Positions 1-10,455 of a DNA stretch of 64,000 nt are shown here, in pieces. The first letter of the stretch is position 1; each line of letters starts with the position of its first letter. The notes beneath the pieces were generated by a model. That model searched no databases, had not been told where the DNA came from, and saw only the letters and a program-made list of their open reading frames with translations. The stretch is taken from contig JALUXP010000043.1 of assembly GCA_027013295.1 (NCBI GenBank), positions 12,101 to 76,100 of the forward strand, read 5' to 3'. A program made the translations under genes and the position numbers. This DNA is from Sulfurimonas sp. (lineage in GTDB: Bacteria; Campylobacterota; Campylobacteria; Campylobacterales; Sulfurimonadaceae).

Positions 1-53
1 AAAAATGACGCTATTGTGTATCTTTTTAAGTACATTCCATACCTTTTTAATGC

Positions 54-404
54 TTATTTTGTTCTTTCTACTATCTCTCTGCAGTCGATGCAGTAAATGG
101 CATGAGGTTTTACTTTGAGTCGCTGAAAACCTATGGGGTCTTCACACATTTCACAAGTTCCATAATCACCATTCGCTATTTTACCCAATGTCACATTAAT
201 CTCTCTTAACTCTTGGTTTTGCTGTGAGACTATTGCACTTTCAATCATAGAATTATTACTATTTGAAGCATGATCTGCTTCATCATTTAATTCTTGAGTA
301 TTTAACTGATTTAACTCTTCATTTACACCATGTATATTTGTATATATTTGATCCCTACGACTCTCAAGAATCTCTTTAAAATAATTCAATTCACTATCTT
401 GCAC
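54..404 (-). CDS. dksA: DksA/TraR-family C4 zinc-finger regulator
   Basis: 116-aa ORF. The C-terminus has CxxC-x17-CxxC ('CEMCEDPIGFQRLKVKPHAIYCIDC') after a helical N-terminal part, the DksA layout. Confidence 0.7.
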   Translation of the reverse strand: MQDSELNYFKEILESRRDQIYTNIHGVNEELNQLNTQELNDEADHASNSNNSMIESAIVSQQNQELREINVTLGKIANGDYGTCEMCEDPIGFQRLKVKPHAIYCIDCREIVERTK

Positions 405-420
405 TTATTAATCCTTAGAC

Positions 421-879
421 TCATTTATGATACGGATGATTACTTAAAATCGAAAAACCTCTATAGATTTGCTCCAAGAGAACTGTTTTAGCAATTTTAT
501 GACTCATAGTAATCTTTCCAAGACTTATAACTTTGTCACTTTTATTTAAAAAAGCATCTTCAAATCCATAAGCACCACCAATGAAAAATTTAATCGCAAT
601 TTTATCATTTAATAGCTTACTAAAAGCATAAGAGTCAATAATTTCTCCATCTGGATGCAATGTGATACTATATCCTTTGCTTATATAAGGATTCATAGCC
701 TTAGTATATGCCCTTTGCGAGGCATCTGGAGAGATAGCGTGTGCTTTGGTTACATCTTTGTTGAAAATATCAATTTCTTCCACTTTTGCAAAACGACTTA
801 TCATTTTTTTTAGTTCATTATTAACATCATCATAAACTGAACGCTCCTTTTTTGCGATTGACACTATGGAAACTTTCAC
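421..879 (-). CDS. rlmH: 23S rRNA (pseudouridine1915-N3)-methyltransferase RlmH (SPOUT)
   Basis: 152 aa. The C-terminal '[35 protein letters not shown]' is the typical RlmH knot region. 4-nt overlap with the upstream gene. Confidence 0.8.
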   Translation of the reverse strand: MKVSIVSIAKKERSVYDDVNNELKKMISRFAKVEEIDIFNKDVTKAHAISPDASQRAYTKAMNPYISKGYSITLHPDGEIIDSYAFSKLLNDKIAIKFFIGGAYGFEDAFLNKSDKVISLGKITMSHKIAKTVLLEQIYRGFSILSNHPYHK

Positions 880-1439
880 TTTAACAATCCACTTCCAATA
901 ACTTTATAAGTAATATTTTCAAATTTATCAGCAAGTTTCACTCCCCCGATAACCCCAACAAAGTGTTTGGACTTAGCGGCAATAGTATCTAAAGCATCTC
1001 CTAATACACTTTGGATATCCTTTTTCGTACTTGTATCTCTATAAGCACCTAGACCTATATAGTTTAAGTCCATCTTATTTGCTTGAAGAACTTCAGTTTC
1101 ATTATGTGTTGAGATACCTAGAATTTTGTCTTTTTTTATGACACTTCTTATGATTTTTACTGCTTTAAAGATATCTTCATCAATATGTTTCAGATCCTCT
1201 TGTCCAAGATGCACTCCATCACAATACTCTACAAGCTCATATTTATCATTGATTATCAAAAAACCATCATAGATTTTTCGTATATTTATAAGTTGCTTTT
1301 TAATGAAGGGTATATCTGAGGTTTTATTGCGATATTGTATCACTGTAGCGTTATGAGACTTTGCAATCTCTATATACTCTTGTACAGTGAGAGACTTTAA
1401 ATCTAAAAGTTCTTGATCACATAGAGCGTAAAGTTGCAT
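876..1439 (-). CDS. thiE: Thiamine-phosphate synthase-like protein
   Basis: 187 aa TIM-barrel-like protein with 'GVHLGQEDL', 'GISTHN', 'YIGLGAY' and 'VGVIGGV' motifs, as in ThiE/TenI. Confidence 0.65.
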   Translation of the reverse strand: MQLYALCDQELLDLKSLTVQEYIEIAKSHNATVIQYRNKTSDIPFIKKQLINIRKIYDGFLIINDKYELVEYCDGVHLGQEDLKHIDEDIFKAVKIIRSVIKKDKILGISTHNETEVLQANKMDLNYIGLGAYRDTSTKKDIQSVLGDALDTIAAKSKHFVGVIGGVKLADKFENITYKVIGSGLLK

Positions 1440-1446
1440 AAGATGT

Positions 1447-2292
1447 TTATGAATTTGGTTTTAAAAATGCTAAGAGGTCGCTCAGGGTTTTTTTAAGCTC
1501 ATTTCTATTTACTATCATATCAATAGCACCTTTTTCAAGTAAGAACTCAGCTCTTTGAAATCCATCTGGAAGTTCTGAACCAATAGTTTGTTCAATAACT
1601 CTAGCACCAGCGAAACCAACGAGTGCTCCAGGTTCAGCAATGATAATGTCACCAAGTGTTGCAAATGAAGCAGAAACCCCACCCATAGTAGGATCAGTCA
1701 GTACTGAAATATATGGAAGATTATGATTTGCTAACCTTGCCAAAGCTGCTGATGTTTTAGTCATTTGAAGTAATGAAAATGTTGATTCTTGCATTCTTGC
1801 ACCACCAGATGCACTCAGTATTATAACACCTTGTTTCTTCTCAATAGCACGAGTGACAGCACGAACAATCTTTTCACCTTCTACAGAACCTAAACTCCCG
1901 CCCATAAAGGCAAAATCAAAGATTACCACCTGTGCATCTACACCATTTATACGCATCTCTCCGCTTACAACAGAAGAGAAACGACCTGTTTTTTTATGTC
2001 CCTCTTCTATACGCTGTTTGTACGATTTCTTATCTACAAACTTGATAGGATCAATTGGTCTTAGCGATTCATCATATTCTACAAATGTCCCTTCATCTGC
2101 CAACAAATCTATACGCTCTTTTACACCAATTCGTAAGTGAAAACCGCACTTAGGGCAAACATAGTTTTGATTTTCGACTTCTTTGTAATACATCAATGAG
2201 TGGCATGATTTACATTTTACCCAATGTGCTGAAGCTTCACTTTTAGTTGGCTGTTTAGCTGTACTTTTAGAAAAAAGGTTAAATAAATTCAA
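1447..2292 (-). CDS. accD: Acetyl-CoA carboxylase carboxyltransferase beta subunit
   Basis: 281 aa. N-terminal Zn ribbon 'CKSCHSLMYYKEVENQNYVCPKCGFH', then the carboxyltransferase core 'FDFAFMGGSLGSVEGEK' and 'SASGGARMQE'. Confidence 0.9.
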   Translation of the reverse strand: MNLFNLFSKSTAKQPTKSEASAHWVKCKSCHSLMYYKEVENQNYVCPKCGFHLRIGVKERIDLLADEGTFVEYDESLRPIDPIKFVDKKSYKQRIEEGHKKTGRFSSVVSGEMRINGVDAQVVIFDFAFMGGSLGSVEGEKIVRAVTRAIEKKQGVIILSASGGARMQESTFSLLQMTKTSAALARLANHNLPYISVLTDPTMGGVSASFATLGDIIIAEPGALVGFAGARVIEQTIGSELPDGFQRAEFLLEKGAIDMIVNRNELKKTLSDLLAFLKPNS

Positions 2293-2461
2293 AAAAAATC
2301 CTTAGAAATAAATATTTATTTAGTATTTTACCAAAAAAAATATAAAATGCTACTTTCTTACTATGCAAGTGATAAAAATGTGAGAAATATACTATTTTAT
2401 AAAAAATATTCAAATAATTATGCTAACATCACAATCACTATTTAATTAAATCTAAGGAGTA

Positions 2462-3178
2462 ATGATGAAAAATAGAATGAAGATAATGGCTATAAGTCTT
2501 ATAGCAGTATTTATGATGAGTGGTTGTGGTGCAATGAGATTAGGTAAAACATATGTATTCGACTTTAACTCAAAAACACAAGATGCTTATTTAGGAATGT
2601 TAGATATAGTAAGTGCAACTGGCGATCCAGCACAAGCTATGATGAAAGAGTGGCTAATTTCTGACAGTGAAATAGCTGAAGAGGATATCTTTGATGACAT
2701 GAAAGATTTAGCTGGTGAGTACAACATGAGATTTGTTGGCGAAAAAAATATGTTTAGACTTCTTGATGTTGAAAAAGAAAACTATAAAAAAGCTGGTTAC
2801 AAGCACCTAATTGTTCATGCTAGAATTGCAGAATTTTGTTCTTTAAGTATTGCTAAAGAGATGTTAAATCACTCTCGTTTTTACGGTGGGTTTATGCCAT
2901 GTCGTGTTATCTATGTTGAATATGAAGATGGTAGAAGATACTTAGTATCTATGGATATGACTCTTGCACTTTATGGTGGAACTGATAAAAAACCAATCAA
3001 TGCTGGCTTAATGAAAAAAATGCAAGCTGTTCAAGTTGCAATGGAAGAGATTCCTATGAAAGCTGCTGGATATGACAGTCAAGTTGAAGCTGATCAAGCA
3101 ATGGCTGATTACTATACTGAACACAAAATTACTGGTGAAAGAGTTAACGCTATCCCAGAAACAAAAGACGCTGATTAA
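2462..3178 (+). CDS. Lipoprotein with DUF302-like C-terminal region
   Basis: Signal peptide with lipobox 'FMMSGC'. The 'GGFMPCRVIYVEYEDGRRYLVSMD' segment resembles the DUF302 core. RBS 'aaggag' lies upstream. Confidence 0.5.
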   Translation: MMKNRMKIMAISLIAVFMMSGCGAMRLGKTYVFDFNSKTQDAYLGMLDIVSATGDPAQAMMKEWLISDSEIAEEDIFDDMKDLAGEYNMRFVGEKNMFRLLDVEKENYKKAGYKHLIVHARIAEFCSLSIAKEMLNHSRFYGGFMPCRVIYVEYEDGRRYLVSMDMTLALYGGTDKKPINAGLMKKMQAVQVAMEEIPMKAAGYDSQVEADQAMADYYTEHKITGERVNAIPETKDAD

Positions 3179-3193
3179 TCTAATCTTTACTTC

Positions 3194-3220
3194 CCCACCA
3201 TCTCGGTGGGAATCTTTTTA
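3194..3220 (+). terminator. Rho-independent terminator candidate after the lipoprotein gene
   Basis: Perfect 6-bp GC-rich stem cccacc(3194-3199)/ggtggg(3205-3210) with a 5-nt loop, followed by 'aatcttttta'. Confidence 0.5.
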
Positions 3221-3377
3221 AACTCCCCTACAAAAAACCTTGCAAATATTTATTTTTTAAAAAAGAGGACTATACTAAAGAATTTATGTTACAATTTAAA
3301 TAAAGAAATAAGTCTTGTAAAAAATTAGGAAAATCTATGAAATTATATAAATTAACTAAGATGGGTAGTTCTACTCA

Positions 3378-3797
3378 ATGATTGAACTAACAAACAACAC
3401 CTCTCTACAAATCAATAAAGAATTTTTAAACGATATCGCTTCTTTTCTAAGTAAAAAAGATATTGAATTATATATTGTTGACAAAGAAGAGATGCTACGA
3501 ATAAATCAAGAACAAAGAGCCGTTACCAAAGAAACAGATGTTCTAAGTTTTCCTTACGAAGAGATGCCAATGGCACCTTTAGGAAGCATTGTCATTTGCG
3601 ATGCATTTGTGTATTCTAAATCTCAAGAATTAAAGCATTCGCAAAATGATGAATTTGCTTTGCTTTTTATTCATGGGATGCTTCACCTAATCGGATTTGA
3701 TCATGAAACTGATGATGGAGAGATGAGAAGCAAAGAAAATGAACTCATTGCAAAGTTTCATCTACCAAAAAGTTTAATACTAAGAACACAAGGATAA
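3378..3797 (+). CDS. ybeY: rRNA maturation endoribonuclease YbeY
   Basis: 139 aa with the zinc motif 'HGMLHLIGFDHE'. Confidence 0.85.
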   Translation: MIELTNNTSLQINKEFLNDIASFLSKKDIELYIVDKEEMLRINQEQRAVTKETDVLSFPYEEMPMAPLGSIVICDAFVYSKSQELKHSQNDEFALLFIHGMLHLIGFDHETDDGEMRSKENELIAKFHLPKSLILRTQG

Positions 3798-3799
3798 TC

Positions 3800-4726
3800 A
3801 TGGATTTTTTAATATTTTTTATAGCAATGGCAGCACTTGTGTATGGTGCAGATTTTATCATCAAAGAGTCAGAAAGAATAGCCCTTCATTTTAATATTTC
3901 CCACTTTGTAATAGGTGCTACCCTAGTAGCATTTGGGACATCTTTACCTGAAATGGCTGCTTCTATGATGGCTGCGAGTGCTCACAAAAGTGATATGGCT
4001 GTTGCCAATGTCGTTGGTAGTGTGATTTTTAATATTACTCTAGTTTTGGGTATAGTGTTTCTCATAGCAAAGAAGATGAATCCCTCTCGTAACCTATTTG
4101 CAAAAGATAGTGCATGGGTAGTTATCCCGCTTGTTCTCTTTTTCATCATGATTCAAGATGGTGTTATAGGTCGTTTTGATGGGTTGCTTTTCCTTTTACT
4201 TATGGTTGCTTATCTCATGTTTTTATTTACTGATTCCAAAGAGGATTTAGAGGGTGAGATAGATGATTCATTAGAAAAAGAAAAATTTAATTGGACGAGA
4301 ACTGTTCTCTTTCTTGGTTTAGGTTTTATATTTACTATTGGTGGTGCAAATTTTGTTATTGATAGTGGTACAAATATAGCAAGAGTATTTGGCATAAGTG
4401 AGTGGATAATTGGGCTATTTCTTATCTCTTTAGGTACATCGTTGCCAGAACTTGTGGTTTCTGTAGTTGCAGTCAAAAAAGGAAATGCTGAGATGGGCAT
4501 AGGAAATATCATAGGGTCAAATGTTGCAAATTTTTCTATGGTTCTTGGTGCATCATCGCTTATAAACCCCTTAAAGATTGACATGGTTTCATCTCAGTTT
4601 GATATGCTTATCATGGGTGGAGCTTCATTAGCACTTCTTTTTATCCTTGCAAATAAGCTTTACAACAAGACAGCAGCAATCATACTGTTGATCATACTCG
4701 CACTCTTCATTCAAAACTCTCTTTAG
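3800..4726 (+). CDS. Ca2+/Na+ antiporter family (CaCA/YrbG-like) membrane protein
   Basis: 308 aa polytopic protein with two alpha-repeat motifs, 'GATLVAFGTSLPEMAAS' and 'GLFLISLGTSLPELVVS'. Confidence 0.75.
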   Translation: MDFLIFFIAMAALVYGADFIIKESERIALHFNISHFVIGATLVAFGTSLPEMAASMMAASAHKSDMAVANVVGSVIFNITLVLGIVFLIAKKMNPSRNLFAKDSAWVVIPLVLFFIMIQDGVIGRFDGLLFLLLMVAYLMFLFTDSKEDLEGEIDDSLEKEKFNWTRTVLFLGLGFIFTIGGANFVIDSGTNIARVFGISEWIIGLFLISLGTSLPELVVSVVAVKKGNAEMGIGNIIGSNVANFSMVLGASSLINPLKIDMVSSQFDMLIMGGASLALLFILANKLYNKTAAIILLIILALFIQNSL

Positions 4727-4762
4727 TCTGAGCTTTAAAAACAATATAGGATTTTAACAAAT

Positions 4763-5884
4763 ATGAAATTTACTTTAGAAAAAACATCTGGCAAAGCTCG
4801 TGCTTGTACTATTGTAACTGCACATTCCACCATCCAAACCCCAGTCTTTATGCCTGTTGGAACACTAGGAAGTGTCAAATCTCTTGATATGGAAGATGTT
4901 GTGCATACTTTAGGTGCTGAAATCATCCTTGCAAATACTTACCACACCTACCTTAGACCAGGGGATAAGACCATAGCAAAGATGGGTAAACTTCATGGCT
5001 TTACCACCTACCCTAAAAGCTTTTTAACAGACAGCGGTGGGTTTCAAGCTTTCTCCCTCTCAGATATAAGCAAACCAAAAACAGATGGTATAGAGTTTAG
5101 AAGTCACATAGATGGAAGCAAACACTTCTTCACACCAAAAAAGGTGATAGATATCCAAACAAATCTCGGTTCTGACATCATGATGATACTTGATGATTTA
5201 GTAGCACTACCCGCCTCGCAAGAGCGTATCAAAGTGAGCATTGAGAGAACCACGGCTTGGGCAAAAGAGTCTATAGACTACTTTAGAGCACAACAAGCTC
5301 AGGGCATCTGCACCGAACAAAACATCTTTGCCATCATCCAAGGGGGAACAGATAAAGCATTTCGTACAAAATCTGCAACAGAGTTATGTGCTATGGATTT
5401 TGATGGCTTTGCCATCGGTGGACTGAGTGTTGGAGAACTTAACAATGAGATGTATGACACAGTTGAGCATACGACACAGTATATGCCAGAGGACAAACCC
5501 CGTTACCTTATGGGCGTAGGAACTCCAGAAGACCTCATAGAAAATATTGAGCGAGGCATCGACATGTTTGACTGTGTTATGCCAACTCGCAATGCAAGAA
5601 ATGGGACACTCTTCACCTCTTTTGGACGCATAAACATCAAAGGTGCAAAGTTCAAAGAGGACCCCTTACCAATAGATCCAGAGTGTGAGTGCCTCACTTG
5701 CAAACGCTATAGCCGTGCCTATATGAACCATCTTTTTCGCGCTAAAGAACTTGCTTACTTTCGTCTCGCAACACTCCACAACCTTCACTACTACCTCAAT
5801 CTCATGCGTGAAGTGAGAGAGGCTATACTTAAAGATAGATTTGCAGAGTTTAAAAAAGAGTTTTACGCAAAGAGACAAAAATGA
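4763..5884 (+). CDS. tgt: Queuine tRNA-ribosyltransferase (tRNA-guanine transglycosylase)
   Basis: 373 aa with 'TPVFMPVGT', 'LTDSGGFQ', '[11 protein letters not shown]', '[11 protein letters not shown]' and the Zn site '[17 protein letters not shown]'. Confidence 0.95.
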   Translation: MKFTLEKTSGKARACTIVTAHSTIQTPVFMPVGTLGSVKSLDMEDVVHTLGAEIILANTYHTYLRPGDKTIAKMGKLHGFTTYPKSFLTDSGGFQAFSLSDISKPKTDGIEFRSHIDGSKHFFTPKKVIDIQTNLGSDIMMILDDLVALPASQERIKVSIERTTAWAKESIDYFRAQQAQGICTEQNIFAIIQGGTDKAFRTKSATELCAMDFDGFAIGGLSVGELNNEMYDTVEHTTQYMPEDKPRYLMGVGTPEDLIENIERGIDMFDCVMPTRNARNGTLFTSFGRINIKGAKFKEDPLPIDPECECLTCKRYSRAYMNHLFRAKELAYFRLATLHNLHYYLNLMREVREAILKDRFAEFKKEFYAKRQK

Positions 5885-6708
5885 GCAATATCTTCATCAC
5901 AGACTTAGACCATACTTTCTTACGCAACGATTTGAGCATCAGCGAGTTTTCAAAAAACACTTGGAACAAGATGGCAGAGCATTACACTATGGGTATAGCG
6001 ACAGCAAGAACTTTTCAAAAAGCAGAACAATTGCTTCAGGGGGTAAAACTCAATGCCCCAATGGTTTTACTCGATGGTTCACTCCTTGTTGATAAAAATA
6101 AAAATATCATTGAAGCTAAGTTTATAAGCAAAAGCATGGGTGATGAGATCATCGCTATAGGTGAAAGTTTAAAATTTTACCCCTTTGTCTTAGCCTTGGA
6201 AAAACAAAATGTGCAAAGCGAAATATTTGTCTTTCCAACAAATGGCAATAGCTACCAACAAAACCTTCTTCCGAGATACATAAAAGATGACAATCTCCGC
6301 CAAACAGACTCACCAAAAGCACAAGAAAAAAACTTTAAAATAGTCTATATGGGAGCTAAAGAGGATCTTGAAGAACTTTATGATGCACTACACAAAGTGT
6401 TCAAAGAGCAACTCAAATATATCTTAGCACCAGAAGCATACATGGACTGCTATTTCCTCACACTTTTGCATAAAGATGCAGATAAAGCTCATGCACTTCG
6501 TACCCTCAACGATCATCTCGGACTAGACTTCAAAAACTACACAGTTTTTGGAGACAATCTCAACGACCTTGGGATGTTTGAACTTGCACATACCTCTGTA
6601 GCAGTTGCCAACGCACAAGATGCTCTTAAAAAGAAAGCTTCTTTCATCTCAAAATATACCAATGATGAGGATGCGGTAGCACACTATCTCAAAGGTTTTA
6701 CTTTGTGA
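5881..6708 (+). CDS. HAD-superfamily (Cof-type) phosphatase
   Basis: 275 aa. N-terminal '[11 protein letters not shown]' (DxD motif) and C-terminal '[12 protein letters not shown]'. ATGA overlap with the tgt stop. Confidence 0.7.
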   Translation: MSNIFITDLDHTFLRNDLSISEFSKNTWNKMAEHYTMGIATARTFQKAEQLLQGVKLNAPMVLLDGSLLVDKNKNIIEAKFISKSMGDEIIAIGESLKFYPFVLALEKQNVQSEIFVFPTNGNSYQQNLLPRYIKDDNLRQTDSPKAQEKNFKIVYMGAKEDLEELYDALHKVFKEQLKYILAPEAYMDCYFLTLLHKDADKAHALRTLNDHLGLDFKNYTVFGDNLNDLGMFELAHTSVAVANAQDALKKKASFISKYTNDEDAVAHYLKGFTL

Positions 6709-7886
6709 TTATCATTGGCATCTTATTTTTTATATTTGGTTTTGTAACTTGGCTCAATGGTTCACTCATCCCTTTTTTAAAGCTCATCTTAAACCTTAGC
6801 GATTTTGAAGCTTTGTTTGTGACTTTTTCTTTTTATATTGCTTATATAGTGATGGCACTACCTATGTCTTACTTACTTAACCGTTATGGTTACAAAAATG
6901 GGATGATGATAGGTCTAGCAATCATGAGTGTCGGCTCCCTCCTTTTCATCCCAGCAGCTCTCTATGCAACCTACTCTCTTTTTTTAACTGCACTTTTTAC
7001 ACTTGGCTCGGGTCTTACCATACTCCAAACTGCATCAAACCCTTTTGTAGTAGCCTTGGGCGATAAAAAAAGTGCCGCAAAACGGATAAGTATCATGGGA
7101 ATCATCAACAAAACAGCAGGGGTACTCGTACCTCTACTCTTTACAGCTCTTATATTTTCAGATATCAACAGTTTCGATACAAGCCATCTTACACAACTCG
7201 ACAAAGATGCACTTGCTTCAAGACTTATCACCCCTTACCTTATCATGGCAATCACCCTTTTTGGGCTTATAGGACTTGTGAAGTTTTCCAACCTTAAAGA
7301 GATAAACTTTCAAGATGATAATGCAGATGCAAAAACCAATATCTTAGCTTATCCTCAAGTTATTTTAGGTGCAATAGCTCTATTTTTCTATGTTGGCATA
7401 GAGGTGATAGCTGGGGACACCATCGGTCTTTATGGTGCTTCTTTGGGTTTAGAAAACTACACTATGTTTACCTCTATTACCATGGTTTTCATGGTCATAG
7501 GCTATACTCTTGGAATCTTTTTGATACCTAAGTTCCTTTCTCAAGAAAAAGCCCTGCTACTTTCTGCTCTCTTTGGAATACTCTTTTTAGTTGGGGTACT
7601 AAGCACCGATGGTGTAACAAGCCTGTTTTTTGTAGCCACACTAGGACTCTCCAACGCACTCATCTGGCCTACTATTTGGCCACTTGCTCTTGATGGCTTA
7701 GGCAAACATACCGCCCAAGGGAGTGCCATGCTTATCATGGGGATAGCTGGAGGGGCAGTTCTCCCCCTACTCTTTGGCAAGATTGCAGATATGAGTTCCA
7801 TAGAGTATGGATACACCTTAGGATTTGTCTCGTATGGGTTTATACTCTATTATGCTCTAAGTGCTCATAAAAAAAGGTCTTGGTAA
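6705..7886 (+). CDS. MFS sugar transporter (FucP/GluP glucose-galactose type)
   Basis: 393 aa, about 12 TM segments. The N-terminal 'FGFVTWLNGSLIPFLKLILNLS' resembles the FucP/GluP family. GTG start overlaps the upstream TGA. Confidence 0.7.
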   Translation: MIIIGILFFIFGFVTWLNGSLIPFLKLILNLSDFEALFVTFSFYIAYIVMALPMSYLLNRYGYKNGMMIGLAIMSVGSLLFIPAALYATYSLFLTALFTLGSGLTILQTASNPFVVALGDKKSAAKRISIMGIINKTAGVLVPLLFTALIFSDINSFDTSHLTQLDKDALASRLITPYLIMAITLFGLIGLVKFSNLKEINFQDDNADAKTNILAYPQVILGAIALFFYVGIEVIAGDTIGLYGASLGLENYTMFTSITMVFMVIGYTLGIFLIPKFLSQEKALLLSALFGILFLVGVLSTDGVTSLFFVATLGLSNALIWPTIWPLALDGLGKHTAQGSAMLIMGIAGGAVLPLLFGKIADMSSIEYGYTLGFVSYGFILYYALSAHKKRSW

Positions 7887-7924
7887 AAAGATTTGTATGC
7901 TATAATTTTACAAAGAGAGATTTA

Positions 7925-9325
7925 ATGTATATATATGATTCAACGAAAAAAGTAAAACTACAGTTTATACCACTCGAAGAGGCAAAGGCTTCACTCTATG
8001 TATGTGGACCAACTGTCTATGATGATGCCCATCTAGGTCATGCAAAATCCGCCCTTGTTTTTGACCTGCTCACTCGGGTACTTCGTGCAAATGGTTATGA
8101 GGTGACTTACGCGAGAAACATCACAGATATTGATGATAAGATTATTGCCAAAGCTATCATAGAGAAAAAAACCATTCACGAGATTACAGATTTTTATACA
8201 GACTCATTTCATAATGAGATGGCAAAACTTGGTGTTAAAAGACCAGATATCGAACCAAAAGCTACAGAAAATTTAGAAGCGATGTATGATCTCATACAAA
8301 AACTCCTAGACAAAGGTCATGCTTATGAGACCAAGGAGGGCGATGTTTACTTTGACACTGCAAGTGATAAACACTACCTGACACTCTCAAGCAGAGTTCA
8401 AGAGGATGAGGATAGACAAGAGAGAGTAACATCTTCACAGCTCAAGAAACATCAAGCAGATTTTGCCCTATGGAAAAGTGTCAAGGATGACACCATCACC
8501 TACCAAAGCCCTTTTGGAGCTGGACGACCAGGATGGCATCTTGAGTGTTCTGCTATGATAGAAAAACACCTTGCAAAACCAAATGCAAAGTTTGCAGTAG
8601 ATATCCATGGAGGTGGTGCGGATCTACTTTTCCCACACCATGAAAATGAAGCAGCACAAACAAGATGTGCAACTAACCACTCCCTTGCTGCTTACTGGAT
8701 GCATAACGGCTTTGTCAACATAGATGGACGAAAAATGTCCAAGTCTTTAAACAATAGCTTTTTTCTCAAAGATGCACTCAAAGAGTATGATGGTGAGGTG
8801 CTTCGCTACTACTTACTCTCTACACACTACCGTTCAAACTTCAACTTCAATGAAGAGGATTTGCAAACTGCAAAAAAAAGACTAGATAAGATCTATAGAC
8901 TGAAAAAACGACTTTTTTCTTTAGCAACTTACGAGGAACGAACAGAGTTTCAAGATGCTCTTTTAAAAGCTCTTAGTGATGATCTCAACATCTCCTTAGC
9001 TTTAGCACTCATAGATGCGATGCTCTCAAAAACCAATGAGATACTAGATAGTGCTGGCAAACACAAGCAGCTCAAAAAAGAAACCATGGCAAATCTTGGC
9101 TTCATTGAGAGCATCTTAGGTTTTGGTGTAAAAAACCCTTACGATTACTTTCAGTTTGGGGTAGATGAAAAAACAAAAGCCGAGCTAGAAAGACTTATAA
9201 TCCTGAGAAAACAGGCAAAAAAAGATAAAAACTTTGATTTATCCGATAAACTAAGAGATGAGATACTTAGCTATGATGTTCAGATTATGGATACCCCACA
9301 AGGTACATTTTGGGAAAAAGTCTAA
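7925..9325 (+). CDS. cysS: Cysteine--tRNA ligase
   Basis: 'CGPTVYDDAHLGHA' (HIGH) and 'KMSKS' motifs. I prefer the ATG at 7925 ('MYIYDSTKK') over the track start at 7880, which would overlap the transporter gene. Confidence 0.9.
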   Translation: MYIYDSTKKVKLQFIPLEEAKASLYVCGPTVYDDAHLGHAKSALVFDLLTRVLRANGYEVTYARNITDIDDKIIAKAIIEKKTIHEITDFYTDSFHNEMAKLGVKRPDIEPKATENLEAMYDLIQKLLDKGHAYETKEGDVYFDTASDKHYLTLSSRVQEDEDRQERVTSSQLKKHQADFALWKSVKDDTITYQSPFGAGRPGWHLECSAMIEKHLAKPNAKFAVDIHGGGADLLFPHHENEAAQTRCATNHSLAAYWMHNGFVNIDGRKMSKSLNNSFFLKDALKEYDGEVLRYYLLSTHYRSNFNFNEEDLQTAKKRLDKIYRLKKRLFSLATYEERTEFQDALLKALSDDLNISLALALIDAMLSKTNEILDSAGKHKQLKKETMANLGFIESILGFGVKNPYDYFQFGVDEKTKAELERLIILRKQAKKDKNFDLSDKLRDEILSYDVQIMDTPQGTFWEKV

Positions 9326-9328
9326 AGC

Positions 9329-9916
9329 ATGTCTCTCAAAGATAAGACTAAGTGGGATAAAAAGTATCAAAACAAACCACAATTACTTGAGTTTCGAGAT
9401 GCAAGTGCAAAACTGATAGATGCACTTAAAAACATCCCAAAAGGTGATGCGCTTGATCTTGCTTGTGGGACAGGAAGAAATGCTCTTTATTTAGCACAAA
9501 ATGGGTTTGAGGTTGATGCACTTGACATCGCACAAGTAGCTCTTAACACCCTCACCCAAGATGCACAAAGACTAGATGTCGCAAATCTCATACACGCTAA
9601 ACTTACCGACCTAGACAACTACACTATCAAGAAACAGTACGACCTCATTGTGATGTGTAATTTTCTTGATAGGGCTTTACTCCAAAAGACTAAAAACTCT
9701 CTCAACAGTGGCGGTTTTTATTTTGTAGAGACCTATATGCTCGATGCTAGCAATGAAAAAGAAAATTCTGATAAAAATAACCTTTTAGAAAAAAAAGAAC
9801 TCCAAAAAATATTTGATGATTTTGAGATTGTATATTATGATGAGTTTGACAATGAAAAGCATGAGATCTACTCTATGAAAAAGCAAGTAATCCTTGCAAA
9901 AAAGTTGCTCCCTTAA
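9329..9916 (+). CDS. Class I SAM-dependent methyltransferase (TehB-like)
   Basis: 195 aa with motif I 'ALDLACGTGRNALYLAQNGFEVDALD'. Confidence 0.7.
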   Translation: MSLKDKTKWDKKYQNKPQLLEFRDASAKLIDALKNIPKGDALDLACGTGRNALYLAQNGFEVDALDIAQVALNTLTQDAQRLDVANLIHAKLTDLDNYTIKKQYDLIVMCNFLDRALLQKTKNSLNSGGFYFVETYMLDASNEKENSDKNNLLEKKELQKIFDDFEIVYYDEFDNEKHEIYSMKKQVILAKKLLP

Positions 9917-9996
9917 AAATTTTAGCACATCAAAACAACGATTAATTATATTTAGGTAAACTTATACAAATTATCCCAAATTATCAAAGGATAGCT

Positions 9997-10455
9997 ATGT
10001 TTGAAAATGTAAAATTACCAGAGGGTATCGACCCAGAAATGATGAATCACATCATGAATCCAAGAAATTATGGAAAACTTGAAAGTGCCAATGGCATCGG
10101 TGTTGCAACAGATAAAAAAACTGCTGAGTATGTTATCTTTTATACTGAGCTTGAAAACTCTGTAGTCAAAGATGTGATGTATGCTACAAATGGTTGTCAA
10201 GATACTGTTGTCATAGGATCTATGTTTACAGAGATGATCAAAGGCAATGGCGTTGAGTATGCACAAAAGGCAGTTGAAAAAATGCATGAAAAACTTGGCG
10301 ATATGACACCTGAGCAACAAGTTTGTGCAGATATTGTATTTACTGCATTTTCAGCTTCGCTCATTAACTTTAACAACAAGCTTGATGGTAAAGATGAAGA
10401 GATGCATCTACTAACCATGAAAGAAAGTTGTACACCAAAGGAAAACAATGAATAA
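9997..10455 (+). CDS. IscU/NifU-N-like Fe-S scaffold homologue (degenerate)
   Basis: 152 aa. 'NPRNYG', 'TNGCQDTVVIGS' and 'QQVCADIVFTAF' align to IscU, but the first 'CGD' cysteine/aspartate is replaced ('KKTAEY'). Confidence 0.6.
   Translation: MFENVKLPEGIDPEMMNHIMNPRNYGKLESANGIGVATDKKTAEYVIFYTELENSVVKDVMYATNGCQDTVVIGSMFTEMIKGNGVEYAQKAVEKMHEKLGDMTPEQQVCADIVFTAFSASLINFNNKLDGKDEEMHLLTMKESCTPKENNE

Noticed and set aside
1853-2140. Antisense or alternative-frame ORFs nested in clear genes. Examples: 1853-2140 in accD; 4210-4584 in the antiporter; 4735-4926, 5299-5496, 5503-5703 and 5666-5878 in tgt; 5841-6092, 6971-7231, 7541-7816, 10015-10320, 10197-10448, 11550-11741, 12409-12753, 12874-13086, 14201-14389, 17714-17956 and 18449-18652. 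Similar ones occur in dnaE, mrdA, recN, aspS, hisS, the glutamate-synthase-like gene and cysE.
   Set aside because: Each lies wholly inside a confidently identified gene in another frame or on the other strand. All are short, compositionally odd and without start signals.
2306-2321. Perfect 16-bp palindrome aaataaatatttattt, 14 nt upstream of the accD start.
   Set aside because: It is composed only of A/T within an AT-rich leader, so its information content is low. I could not match it convincingly to a known operator consensus.
7880-7924. N-terminal extensions suggested by the ORF track for cysS (7880), the thioredoxin-like gene (48577) and the aminotransferase (61776).
   Set aside because: The extensions overlap upstream genes or lack signal and RBS. 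Internal ATGs at 7925, 48676 and 61824 have RBS-like sequences and give N-termini typical of the families.
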